Assembly (NCBI RefSeq): GCF_000012905.2
Contig: NC_007493.2
Span: 1,830,001-1,862,000, forward strand
Length of the DNA stretch: 32,000 nt
Source: Cereibacter sphaeroides 2.4.1
GTDB lineage: Bacteria; Pseudomonadota; Alphaproteobacteria; Rhodobacterales; Rhodobacteraceae
Direction of reading: 5' to 3'
This document shows positions 8,030 through 16,718 of this stretch, in pieces (position 1 is the stretch's first letter; each line of letters starts with the position of its first letter). Below the pieces are notes generated by a model that worked only from the letters and a program-made list of their open reading frames with translations, was not told the DNA's origin and did not search any database. The translations under genes were made by a program, and so were the position numbers.

Positions 8030-8302
8030 ATGGCGCAGCCTGAGCCAGACCGGCAGAAGGTGACCGAACTCGCCGCCCGGCGCCCCCCGCGGGACGACCG
8101 GGGCGAGCACGGCTGGCTTGTGCCTCACCTGATCTCGCTCGTGGGCTATGCCGAGCGCCACGGGCTGACCGAGATCGAGGCAGCGCTCGCCGAGGCGGCC
8201 GAACGGATCGCGCCTGCGGTGCAATCCGAGGCTGCGGAGACGACCCCGGCCAGCGAGCGGCTGTTCTATCTCCGCCGCCCCTACCCCGAGAAGCGCGACT
8301 GA
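8030..8302 (+). CDS. small hypothetical protein (90 aa) downstream of cerI
   Basis: GGAGGA SD 5 nt before the ATG and strongly GC-biased third codon positions across the whole ORF. No family recognised. Confidence 0.55.
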   Translation: MAQPEPDRQKVTELAARRPPRDDRGEHGWLVPHLISLVGYAERHGLTEIEAALAEAAERIAPAVQSEAAETTPASERLFYLRRPYPEKRD

Positions 8303-8622
8303 GCCCGATGGGCCCGGCGCCTGACCCTTCCTGCCGTCGCGGCAGCCGCGACTCAGAGGCCTGACCGCGGTTCTTCCTCTGCCTGTCTGCACCGCAGCAT
8401 CAGCCACCGGGCGCGCGTTTTGAGGCGGCGTCCGAACCTCCGGGGCGTCTGGCGCGAGAAGGTGCGCTCATTTGCACACATCTTCGGCGAATCCGCGCTC
8501 ACGCCCCTGATGCGACGCTGCCTGCGCTTGCAAGTGCCTGCGGCACAACCATATTGCTGGACGATGCGAATCTTGGAATTGCGCTCTGCAAGCCATTGAA
8601 AAACGGACGTCGTCTCTCTGAT

Positions 8623-10245
8623 ATGCCCGCTCCTGCCGCCCCCTCCGCCCGCCTGAACCGGCGCCTGCTGCTCAGCGCGGCAAGTTCGTCGCTCGCCCTC
8701 GCTGCAAGCGGGCTCATGGGGCTGCCCCTCCGGGCTCAGGAGGCGCCTGCCGACGCGCCTCCGGCCTCTGTTCCGGTCGCTGCGCCGCAGCAGTTCAGCT
8801 ATGACTGGCTGACGGAAGAGATGCGGGTCGCGGCCACGCAGCCGCATGTCGAGCCCGAGAACCTGACGGGGTTCCTGGGCGAGCTGCAGTACGACGATTA
8901 CCGCTCGATCAACTTCCGCACCGACCGCTCCCGCTGGGCGGATACGGACAGCATGTTCCGGATCCAGGCCTTCCACCTCGGCTGGCTGTTCGGCGCTCCG
9001 GTCCGCCTCTATGACGTGACCGACGGCTATGTGCACGAGGTTCGCTTCTCGACCGACGATTTCGAATACCGCAACGAACTGTCCACCCGCGTGGCGGCCC
9101 ATGTGGACCTGCCCGGCGTGGCGGGCTTCCGGCTGAACTTCCCGCTGAACCGGCCGGACGTCTTCGACGAGCTCGTGGCCTTTCTCGGCGCGAGCTACTT
9201 CCGCGCGCTCGGCCGCGGCAACGGCTACGGCATCTCGGCCCGCGGGCTGGCCGTCAACACGGCCACCTCCGCGCCCGAGGAATTTCCCCGCTTCTCGCGC
9301 TTCTATCTCGAGCGCCCGCACGGCGGCGGCCTGTCGGCCGTCCTCTATGCCGCGATGGAGAGCCCGAGCGTCACCGGCGCCTACCGCTTCGTCATCACGC
9401 CCGGCATCGAGACGATGATCGAGGTGACGGCGCGTCTCTTCTTCCGCAGCGCTGTGACCCAGCTCGGCGTGGCACCGCTGACCTCGATGTTCCTCTTCAG
9501 CGAGAAGAACCGCGCCACCTACGACGATTTCCGCCCCAATGTGCACGACAGCGACGGCCTGGCCGTCCGGCGCCGCGACGGCGACATCCTCTGGCGGCCG
9601 CTGAACAACCCGCCGCGGCTCGCCAGCAGCTACTTCGGCGAGGAGAACCCGCAGGCCTTCGGCCTGCATCAGCGCAAGCGGTCCTTCGACGACTATCAGG
9701 ACGCCGAAGCCCATTACGAGCTGCGGCCCTCGGTCGATGTCGAGCCCATCGGCGACTGGGGCAAGGGGATGGTGCGGCTCGTCGAGATCCCGACCCGCTA
9801 CGAGACGAACGACAACATCGTGGCCTTCTGGGTGCCGGAAGGGCAGATCTCCGCCGGCGATGCGCGCGAATTCGCCTACCGCCTTCGGTGGGGGGCTCTG
9901 CCCATCGAAGAGCCGTCCGACATCGCCCACATCTGGGAGACGCGGGCCGGTCACGGCGGCGTTTCGGGGGTGGAGAATACGGGCGAGACCCGCAAGTTCG
10001 TCATTGATTTCAAGGGGGGTCTGTTGGGCGGACTTCCCGGGGACGCCGAGGTGGAAGCCATCACCTCCGTGCAGCACGGACAAATCGTCACGCAGACTCT
10101 TGAACGGCTGGACGGGATGGACATATGGCGTCTCGTTCTCGACGTGGCCGCAGCCGAGGGGGCCACGGTGGAACTGGCGGCGCACATCGCCGGTTATGGA
10201 CGGAAACTCTCGGAAACATGGCTCTATCAGTGGATGAAAGCCTGA
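8623..10245 (+). CDS. opgG: periplasmic glucan biosynthesis protein OpgG/MdoG
   Basis: Tat-like signal MPAPAAPSARLNRRLLLSAASSSLALAA. The body is typical of the MdoG family (FRIQAFHLGW, FLGASYFRA, YRFVITPG). The internal ATG at 8623 is preferred over the track start at 8554. Confidence 0.9.
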   Translation: MPAPAAPSARLNRRLLLSAASSSLALAASGLMGLPLRAQEAPADAPPASVPVAAPQQFSYDWLTEEMRVAATQPHVEPENLTGFLGELQYDDYRSINFRTDRSRWADTDSMFRIQAFHLGWLFGAPVRLYDVTDGYVHEVRFSTDDFEYRNELSTRVAAHVDLPGVAGFRLNFPLNRPDVFDELVAFLGASYFRALGRGNGYGISARGLAVNTATSAPEEFPRFSRFYLERPHGGGLSAVLYAAMESPSVTGAYRFVITPGIETMIEVTARLFFRSAVTQLGVAPLTSMFLFSEKNRATYDDFRPNVHDSDGLAVRRRDGDILWRPLNNPPRLASSYFGEENPQAFGLHQRKRSFDDYQDAEAHYELRPSVDVEPIGDWGKGMVRLVEIPTRYETNDNIVAFWVPEGQISAGDAREFAYRLRWGALPIEEPSDIAHIWETRAGHGGVSGVENTGETRKFVIDFKGGLLGGLPGDAEVEAITSVQHGQIVTQTLERLDGMDIWRLVLDVAAAEGATVELAAHIAGYGRKLSETWLYQWMKA

Positions 10246-10445
10246 TGTCGAATTCTGCCGACTCCTTGCAGACCGGCGCCCTCGAGGCGAGCTCGGTCGA
10301 AGATATCGCGGTTCTGGTGGACCGGATCGGCGCACCTCCGGCCGCGCCCTGCGCCATGCCCAAGCAGCAGCTTGAACCGGCCGCGACCGGCCTGTTCTCG
10401 ATGCTGCGGCTGTTCGGGGTGGGTGCCCCGAGGCCGGAGCACTGA
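10245..10445 (+). CDS. opgI: small ORF between opgG and opgH (66 aa)
   Basis: Its ATG overlaps the opgG stop (TGATG) and it ends 3 nt before the opgH ATG. The position matches the opgI ORF described for the R. sphaeroides opgGIH-opgC operon (recollection of the literature). Confidence 0.55.
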   Translation: MSNSADSLQTGALEASSVEDIAVLVDRIGAPPAAPCAMPKQQLEPAATGLFSMLRLFGVGAPRPEH

Positions 10446-10448
10446 GCC

Positions 10449-12236
10449 ATGCCCGCGGAGCGGCGCCGTCGCGCCGTCACGCTGGCCTCGCGTCTCGTTG
10501 CGGCGGCGATCAGCCTCACCGCGGCAGCCGGGGCCTTCTTTCTTTTTCTGCAGTTCGGCTCGACCGACGGGCTCGATTCGATGGACATCACGCGGAGCGT
10601 GCTGATCCTCGTCTCGACCTCGTGGCTCGGGTGGGGTGCCGCCCATGCGGTGCTCGGCCTCTTCTCGCGCCCGCAGCGGCCCGCGAACGTGTCGCCCGAC
10701 GCGCCGATCTCAACGCGCACGGTTATTCTCGTCCCCGTCTATAACGAGGATCCTGTAGCGACCTTCTCGCGCATCGCGGCGATGGACGCGTCTCTCGCCG
10801 CCACGCCCTGGCGCGACCTGTTCCATTTCGCGATCCTCTCTGACACTCGGGACGAGGCCATCGCCGCGCGCGAGCGGTTCTGGTTCCTGCGCCTTCTCCG
10901 CGAGCGCGATGCCGAGGGTCGCATCTTCTACCGCCGCCGCGCGGTGAACCGCGGCCGAAAGGCGGGCAATATCGAGGATTTCATCCAGAAGTCCGGCTCC
11001 GCCTATCCGTTCGCCGTGATCCTCGATGCCGACAGCCTGATGGAAGGCGAAACGCTGGTCGACATGGTGCGCCGGATGGAGGCCGAGCCGCGTCTCGGGC
11101 TGCTCCAGACGCTGCCGGTGGTGACGAAGGCGCGCGCGCGCTTCGGGCGGTCGATGCAGTTCTCGGCCGCGCTCCATGCGCCGGTCTTCGCGCGCGGGCT
11201 GGCGATGATGCAGGGCCGCACCGGCCCGTTCTGGGGCCACAATGCCATCGTGCGAGTACAGGCTTTCGCGGAAAGCTGCGGCCTGCCCGAGCTGTCGGGT
11301 CCGCCCCCCTTCGGCGGCCATGTCATGAGCCACGATTATGTCGAGGCGGCGCTCCTTGCACGCGCAGGCTGGATCGTCCGGTTCGATGACGACATCCGCG
11401 GCTCCTACGAAGAAGGCCCCGAAAATCTGGTGGACCATGCGAAGCGCGACCGGCGCTGGTGTCAGGGCAACCTCCAGCACGGGCGCATCCTGTTCGCTCC
11501 CGGCCTCTGCGGCTGGAACCGCTTCGTGTTCCTGCAGGGCATCATGGCCTATATCGCGCCGCTCTTCTGGCTGGGCTTCATCATGGCCTCGATCGCGGCG
11601 CCCTTCTTCGCCCCGCCGCTCGATTATTTCCCGGTGCCCTACTGGCCCTTCCCGGTCTTCCCCTCGGACGAGACCTGGAAAGCCATCGGCCTCGCCGTGG
11701 GCATCTTCGGCCTTCTGCTGCTGCCCAAGCTCATGATCGCCATCGAGGCCATCGTGACCGGCCGCGCGGCGGGCTTCGGCGGTGCCGGGCGCGTCCTCGT
11801 CTCGACGCTGGCCGAGCTTGTCTTCTCCAGCATCATCGCGCCGATCCTCATGGCCTTTCAGACCCGTTCGGTGCTGCAGGTGCTGCTCGGCCGCGATGGC
11901 GGCTGGCCCACCAACAATCGCGGCGACGGCAGCCTCTCCGTGGCGCAGGCCTGGTCGGCCAGCCATTGGATCGTGACCTGGGGCCTTATCGGCATCGGCG
12001 CCACCTATTACTTCGCTCCGGGCCTCGTGCCCTGGCTGCTTCCGGTGGCCCTTCCCATGATCTTCTCGCCGCTCGTGATCGCGGTCACCTCGAAGCGCAG
12101 CCGCTCGGCGCTCTTCACCATGCCGCTCGAAGTCGCGCCGACGCCGGTGCTTCTGGCGCATGACGCAATCCTCGCCGACTGGGAGCGCAGCCCCGCGCCC
12201 GAGGCTGTTCCGGCGCTGGCGGTGAGCCATGCCTGA
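10449..12236 (+). CDS. opgH: glucans biosynthesis glucosyltransferase H (GT2 family, membrane)
   Basis: GT2 motifs VILDADSLM and RDRRWCQGNLQH. N- and C-terminal TM segments. Confidence 0.95.
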   Translation: MPAERRRRAVTLASRLVAAAISLTAAAGAFFLFLQFGSTDGLDSMDITRSVLILVSTSWLGWGAAHAVLGLFSRPQRPANVSPDAPISTRTVILVPVYNEDPVATFSRIAAMDASLAATPWRDLFHFAILSDTRDEAIAARERFWFLRLLRERDAEGRIFYRRRAVNRGRKAGNIEDFIQKSGSAYPFAVILDADSLMEGETLVDMVRRMEAEPRLGLLQTLPVVTKARARFGRSMQFSAALHAPVFARGLAMMQGRTGPFWGHNAIVRVQAFAESCGLPELSGPPPFGGHVMSHDYVEAALLARAGWIVRFDDDIRGSYEEGPENLVDHAKRDRRWCQGNLQHGRILFAPGLCGWNRFVFLQGIMAYIAPLFWLGFIMASIAAPFFAPPLDYFPVPYWPFPVFPSDETWKAIGLAVGIFGLLLLPKLMIAIEAIVTGRAAGFGGAGRVLVSTLAELVFSSIIAPILMAFQTRSVLQVLLGRDGGWPTNNRGDGSLSVAQAWSASHWIVTWGLIGIGATYYFAPGLVPWLLPVALPMIFSPLVIAVTSKRSRSALFTMPLEVAPTPVLLAHDAILADWERSPAPEAVPALAVSHA

Positions 12237-13428
12237 CCATCCCCCCAGGGTCGCGGGACGCGACAAGCGGCTCGACTTCTTCCGCGGTCTGGCTCTGGTG
12301 ATGATCTTCATCAACCATGTGCCCGGAACGGTCTGGGAGAATTTCACCAGCCGCAATTTCGGCTTCTCGGACGCGGCCGAGGGCTTTGTGCTGATGTCGG
12401 GGATCGCGGCCGGCCTCGCCTATTCCAAGGGTTTCTGGACGCCGACCTGGGCCGCGGCCCGCAAGATCTGGCGCCGGGCCTGGACGCTCTATCTCGTCCA
12501 CCTCCTCACGACGTTCTGGGCCATCGCCATTTCGGCGGCCTTCGCGCTCTGGTTCGCGGCCCCGGATCTGCTGCACCAGAATCAGGTCTGGATCCTGTTC
12601 CAGAAGCCTCTGGGCTTCCTGATCGGCGTGCCCGCGCTGACCCACCAGCTCGGCTACACGAACATCCTGCCGCTCTATGCGACGCTGCTACTGGTCACAC
12701 CGGCCCTCATTCTGGCGGCGCTGCGGTTTCCGCGGACGCTTCTCGTCGGTTCGGTGCTGCTCTGGGCACTCACCGGCCAGTTCCGGCTGAACCTGCCGAA
12801 CTTCCCCAATCCGGGCGGCTGGTTCTTCAACCCGCTCGCCTGGCAGATCATCTTCGTCATGGGGTTGCTGACCGGCGTCGCCCTGAAGAAGGGCAAGCGA
12901 TTCGTGCCGATCCTGCCGTGGCTGCAGGCCCTGACGGCGGCCTATCTGCTGCTGGCGCTGATCTGGCTGAAGGTGCCTGTGGTCTACGACATGATGAACC
13001 ATTTCATGCGTGTCCTGAACCGGGATCTGGGCCTGCCCTTCTACATCACCGCCTTCGACAAGACCTTTGCCACCGTTCCGCGGCTTCTTCATGTGCTGGC
13101 GCTGGCCTACCTGCTCAGCACACTCGGCTGGGTGCGCCATCTGGCGGCCTCTGGCTGGGCCGAGCCCTTCGCCCTGCTCGGGCGGCACTCGCTGCAGGTC
13201 TTCGCCACCGGCACCATCCTCTGTTTCGCGCTGCAGGGGGTCAAGGATCTGACCGGAGACCAGTTCCTGTTCGACACGCTGCTGCTGGCCATGGGGCTTT
13301 CGGTGCAGTTCGGCGTGGCCTGGCTCGCGGACCGCTGGAAGGGAGAGGCGTCGGCCCGCCCCGCCCCGAAAGTCGCGCCGGCGGGGGCTGCGACGGCGCC
13401 CCAGACCGCTGCGCGCGGGACGGCCTGA
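12229..13428 (+). CDS. opgC: OpgC-family membrane acyl(succinyl)transferase
   Basis: N-terminal RLDFFRGLALVMIFINH motif and a polytopic membrane protein. 8-nt overlap with the opgH stop. Confidence 0.88.
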   Translation: MPDHPPRVAGRDKRLDFFRGLALVMIFINHVPGTVWENFTSRNFGFSDAAEGFVLMSGIAAGLAYSKGFWTPTWAAARKIWRRAWTLYLVHLLTTFWAIAISAAFALWFAAPDLLHQNQVWILFQKPLGFLIGVPALTHQLGYTNILPLYATLLLVTPALILAALRFPRTLLVGSVLLWALTGQFRLNLPNFPNPGGWFFNPLAWQIIFVMGLLTGVALKKGKRFVPILPWLQALTAAYLLLALIWLKVPVVYDMMNHFMRVLNRDLGLPFYITAFDKTFATVPRLLHVLALAYLLSTLGWVRHLAASGWAEPFALLGRHSLQVFATGTILCFALQGVKDLTGDQFLFDTLLLAMGLSVQFGVAWLADRWKGEASARPAPKVAPAGAATAPQTAARGTA

Positions 13429-13445
13429 AAGCTGCAAATTGCCTC

Positions 13446-13474
13446 TTGCAGCCTCCCGGCGGCTCCGCTAATAC
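13446..13474 (+). promoter_or_regulatory. candidate sigma70-type promoter for tRNA-Gly
   Basis: TTGCAG (13446-13451), 17 nt spacer, TAATAC (13469-13474), 14 nt before the mature tRNA 5' end. Confidence 0.35.
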
Positions 13475-13488
13475 CCGCCTCACGGAGC

Positions 13489-13563
13489 GCGGGCGTAGCT
13501 CAGGGGTAGAGCATTACCTTGCCAAGGTAAGGGTCGTGAGTTCGAATCTCATCGCCCGCTCCA
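13489..13563 (+). tRNA. tRNA-Gly (anticodon GCC)
   Basis: Hand-folded cloverleaf: acceptor GCGGGCG/CGCCCGC, D arm GCTC..GAGC, anticodon stem TTACC/GGTAA with loop TTGCCAA, T arm GTGAG TTCGAAT CTCAT, encoded CCA. Confidence 0.95.
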
Positions 13564-13570
13564 GAAGACC

Positions 13571-13604
13571 GAAGGGCACCCTCACGGGTGCCCTTCGTCG
13601 TTTG
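13571..13604 (+). terminator. rho-independent terminator after tRNA-Gly
   Basis: 11-bp perfect stem GAAGGGCACCC / GGGTGCCCTTC, loop TCAC, followed by GTCGTTTG. Confidence 0.7.
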
Positions 13605-13952
13605 CGGATCCGTGTCGATACTCGGCGCGTGGTTCGATCGCGACGTGGGCTTCCCGCTGCGACGCTCGGGCCTTCATGCGGATTTCCCGATCAACCCACC
13701 CGGCGCGGCACGCGGCTCTTCCCGGGGCAACACCGGCGCGCACAATAAGAACGCTCTCCCGATGCGGCATCGTCGGGCAGACCGACAGGACGAGGCGCGG
13801 CCGCTCCGGCGGAACGCGGGACCCGAGTGCCGCGCAGCCCTTGGGCCGAAGGTTCTGCCGCCGAAGCGCCGGGAGAAGCCCGCAGGGCTTGTGCCTCCCG
13901 CGCTGATAAGTTTTATCGTCCGCGAACGAGTTTGAGGCAGCGGGCATCCCGA

Positions 13953-15014
13953 ATGCGAGACGAACAGGCAACCGGGGCGGCGATCACCTTCGACCGGGTG
14001 GAGAAGTCCTTCGCGCAGAAGGGCGGTGCGCCGGTCATGGCGCTGTCGGACTGCACGCTGACGGTCGAGCCCGGTGCGATCACTGGCATCATCGGCCGCT
14101 CCGGCGCGGGCAAATCCACGCTCCTTCGCATGGTCAACGGGCTCGAGCGCCCGACCGGCGGCCGGGTGCTCGTGGGCGGGCGGGACGTGGGGGCCGCGGA
14201 CGGCGCCGAGCTGCGCGAGATCCGCCGCGAGGTCGGCATGATCTTCCAGCATTTCAACCTGCTCGCCTCGCGCACCGTCTTCGGCAATGTGGCGCTGCCC
14301 CTCGAGATTGCAGGCCGCCCCTCTTCCGAGATCCGGACCCGTGTGGCCGACCTGATCGCGCGGGTGGGTCTCGAAGCTCTGGCAGACCGCTACCCCGCCG
14401 AGCTCTCGGGTGGGCAGAAGCAGCGCGTCGGCATCGCGCGCGCCCTGGCCACCGGGCCGAAGGTGCTCCTGTCGGACGAGGCGACCTCGGCGCTCGATCC
14501 CGAGACGACGCAGACGGTGCTGCGCCTTCTCGCCGACATCAACCGTGACCTCGGCCTCACGATCCTGCTCATCACCCACGAGATGGGCGTCGTGCGCGAC
14601 ATCGCGACCCACATGGCGGTGATCGACGGCGGGCGCATCGTCGAGGCGGGCCCCACCTATGACATCTTCGTGCGCCCCGAGCATCCGACGACCCGTTCCT
14701 TCCTGTCGGGCGTGACCGGCGTGACGCTCCCCGCCTTCGTGGCGAGCCGCCTGCGCCCTGCCCCGCCCGAGGGTCCGTCGCAGGAGGTCATCCGCATCAC
14801 CTTCGCCGGACGCCACGCCACCGATCCGATGCTGGCGCGCCTGACGGGCGAACTCGGGATCGCGGTCAACATCCTTGCGGGCGCCATCGAGGAGATCGGG
14901 CCGCATCCGTTCGGAAACCTGCTCGTCTCGGTCGAGACGCCGCGCGGGGCCGAAGCGCGGGCCTATCTCGAACGCCATCAGCTGCTGACGGAGGTGCTGG
15001 GCTATGTGGGCTAA
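13953..15014 (+). CDS. metN: methionine ABC transporter ATP-binding protein
   Basis: Walker [10 protein letters not shown], signature [15 protein letters not shown], Walker [12 protein letters not shown], and a C-terminal NIL-like domain. The internal ATG at 13953 (MRDEQATG...) is preferred over the track start. Confidence 0.9.
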   Translation: MRDEQATGAAITFDRVEKSFAQKGGAPVMALSDCTLTVEPGAITGIIGRSGAGKSTLLRMVNGLERPTGGRVLVGGRDVGAADGAELREIRREVGMIFQHFNLLASRTVFGNVALPLEIAGRPSSEIRTRVADLIARVGLEALADRYPAELSGGQKQRVGIARALATGPKVLLSDEATSALDPETTQTVLRLLADINRDLGLTILLITHEMGVVRDIATHMAVIDGGRIVEAGPTYDIFVRPEHPTTRSFLSGVTGVTLPAFVASRLRPAPPEGPSQEVIRITFAGRHATDPMLARLTGELGIAVNILAGAIEEIGPHPFGNLLVSVETPRGAEARAYLERHQLLTEVLGYVG

Positions 15015-15678
15015 CCTGACCCCCCTCCTTCTCGAAGCCACGCTTCAGACGCTCTACATGGTCGCCGTATCGGGCGTGCTCGGCACCGCCTTCGGCCTGC
15101 CTCTGGGCGTTTTCCTCGCCACCTCGCAGCGCGGCGAGCTTCTGTCTGCGCCGCTCGTGAACAAGGTGCTGGGGCTCGTGGTGAATGCGACGCGCTCGGT
15201 GCCCTTCATCATCCTCGTCGTGGCGATCATCCCCTTCACCCGCGCGCTGGCCGGCACCTCGATCGGCACCACGGCCGCGATCGTGCCGCTGACGGTGGCG
15301 GCCATCCCCTTCATCGCCCGGCTGGTCGAGAATGCGATCCGCGAGGTCGACAGCGGGCTGATCGAGGCCGCCCGCGCCATGGGGGCCACGCCCTTCCAGA
15401 TCATCCGCAAGGTGCTGATCCCCGAGGCGCTGCCCGGGATCGCGCTAGGGCTTACGCTCGCGCTGGTCAGCCTCATCGGCTATTCCGCCATGGTGGGGGC
15501 CGTCGGCGGCGAGGGCCTGGGCGATCTCGGCATCCGCTACGGCTACCAGCGGTTCATGCCCGAGGTCATGGCGGCCGTGGTGGTGATCCTCGTCGTGCTC
15601 GTCCAGCTCGTCCAATCGGTCGGCGAGGGCATCGCCCGTGCCGTCGACCGGCGCGCGCCGCGCAACCGCGGCCGCTGA
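15004..15678 (+). CDS. metI: methionine ABC transporter permease
   Basis: EAA-loop motif [23 protein letters not shown], five TM segments, overlaps the metN stop. Confidence 0.9.
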   Translation: MWANLTPLLLEATLQTLYMVAVSGVLGTAFGLPLGVFLATSQRGELLSAPLVNKVLGLVVNATRSVPFIILVVAIIPFTRALAGTSIGTTAAIVPLTVAAIPFIARLVENAIREVDSGLIEAARAMGATPFQIIRKVLIPEALPGIALGLTLALVSLIGYSAMVGAVGGEGLGDLGIRYGYQRFMPEVMAAVVVILVVLVQLVQSVGEGIARAVDRRAPRNRGR

Positions 15679-15706
15679 TCCCTGCCTCCCACAGAAGGAA
15701 CATCTC

Positions 15707-16483
15707 ATGCTGCGCATGACCACCCTCGCCTCCGCGCTCGCCCTGATCGCCGGCGGCGCCCTCGCCGAAGAGATCAAGGTCGGTGTCTCGCCGGGCGAGC
15801 ACGCCGAGATCATGGAAGAGGTCGCCAAGATCGCAGCCCCCAAGGGGCTCGAGATCGACGTGATCGAATTCTCGGACTATGTGGTGCCGAACCAGGCGCT
15901 GGCCGATGGCGACATCCAGGCCAACTCCTTCCAGCACCAACCATATCTCGACAATCAGGTGAAGGACCGCGGCTTCGATCTGGTGCCGGTCGCAACCACG
16001 ATCACCACGCCGATGGGGCTCTATTCCTCGAAGATCGAGAGCCTCGACGACCTGCCCGAGGGCGCTCAGGTCGGCATCCCGAACGATCCCACCAACGGCG
16101 GGCGCGCGCTCCTCGTGCTGCAGGATCTGGGCCAGATCAAGCTGGCAGAGGGCACGGGCCTCACGCCCTCCGTTCTCGACGTGACGGAGAACCCGAAGGG
16201 CATCAAGTTTCAGGAACTCGATGCGGCGCAGCTTCCGCGCTCGCTGGCCGATCTCGACGCGGCGCTCATCAACACCAACTACGCGCTGGCCTCGGGGCTG
16301 AACCCCAAGACCGACGCGATCGCGACCGAGAAGGCCGACAGCCCCTACGTCAACATCATCGTGGTGCGGAACGGCGATCAGGAGCAGCCCTGGGTCAAGA
16401 CGCTGGTCGAGGCCTATCACTCGCCCGAGCTGAAGGCCTTCATCGACGAGAAATATCAGGGCTCGGTCATCACCTCCTGGTGA
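15707..16483 (+). CDS. metQ: MetQ/NlpA-family methionine-binding periplasmic protein
   Basis: Signal peptide MLRMTTLASALALIAGGALA and an NlpA-family body (FSDYVVPNQALADGDIQANSFQH). GAAGGAA SD before the ATG at 15707. Confidence 0.9.
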   Translation: MLRMTTLASALALIAGGALAEEIKVGVSPGEHAEIMEEVAKIAAPKGLEIDVIEFSDYVVPNQALADGDIQANSFQHQPYLDNQVKDRGFDLVPVATTITTPMGLYSSKIESLDDLPEGAQVGIPNDPTNGGRALLVLQDLGQIKLAEGTGLTPSVLDVTENPKGIKFQELDAAQLPRSLADLDAALINTNYALASGLNPKTDAIATEKADSPYVNIIVVRNGDQEQPWVKTLVEAYHSPELKAFIDEKYQGSVITSW

Positions 16484-16491
16484 CATTCGGC

Positions 16492-16521
16492 GGGCGGAGC
16501 CACACGCTCCGCCCCTTTTTT
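16492..16521 (+). terminator. rho-independent terminator after metQ
   Basis: Stem GGGCGGAGC / GCTCCGCCC, loop CACAC, then C plus a T6 run. Confidence 0.75.
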
Positions 16522-16718
16522 CCTCGGCCCCGAGCGGCCCACAGGTGACGCGACCGCTCGAGGCCCCAGGCGGCTTCCTGAAAGCCCGGTGGATCCCGCG
16601 CTTCCCCTGAGCCTTTCGACACCGCCACCGGCACCACAGACAGCCGGATCGGCCGATTTCGGAACCGGAAGGCCGGTTTCGGTGCTTTCCCTGTCGAACA
16701 CTCAATTGTGAGGCAGAC

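Noticed and set aside
8353-10335. 660-aa minus-strand ORF opposite opgG; similar long shadow ORFs at 10710-12356, 13674-15041 and 15566-16720
   Set aside because: They are antisense to genes with clear family motifs (opgG, opgH, metN, metQ). Their composition is biased and no domains are recognisable.
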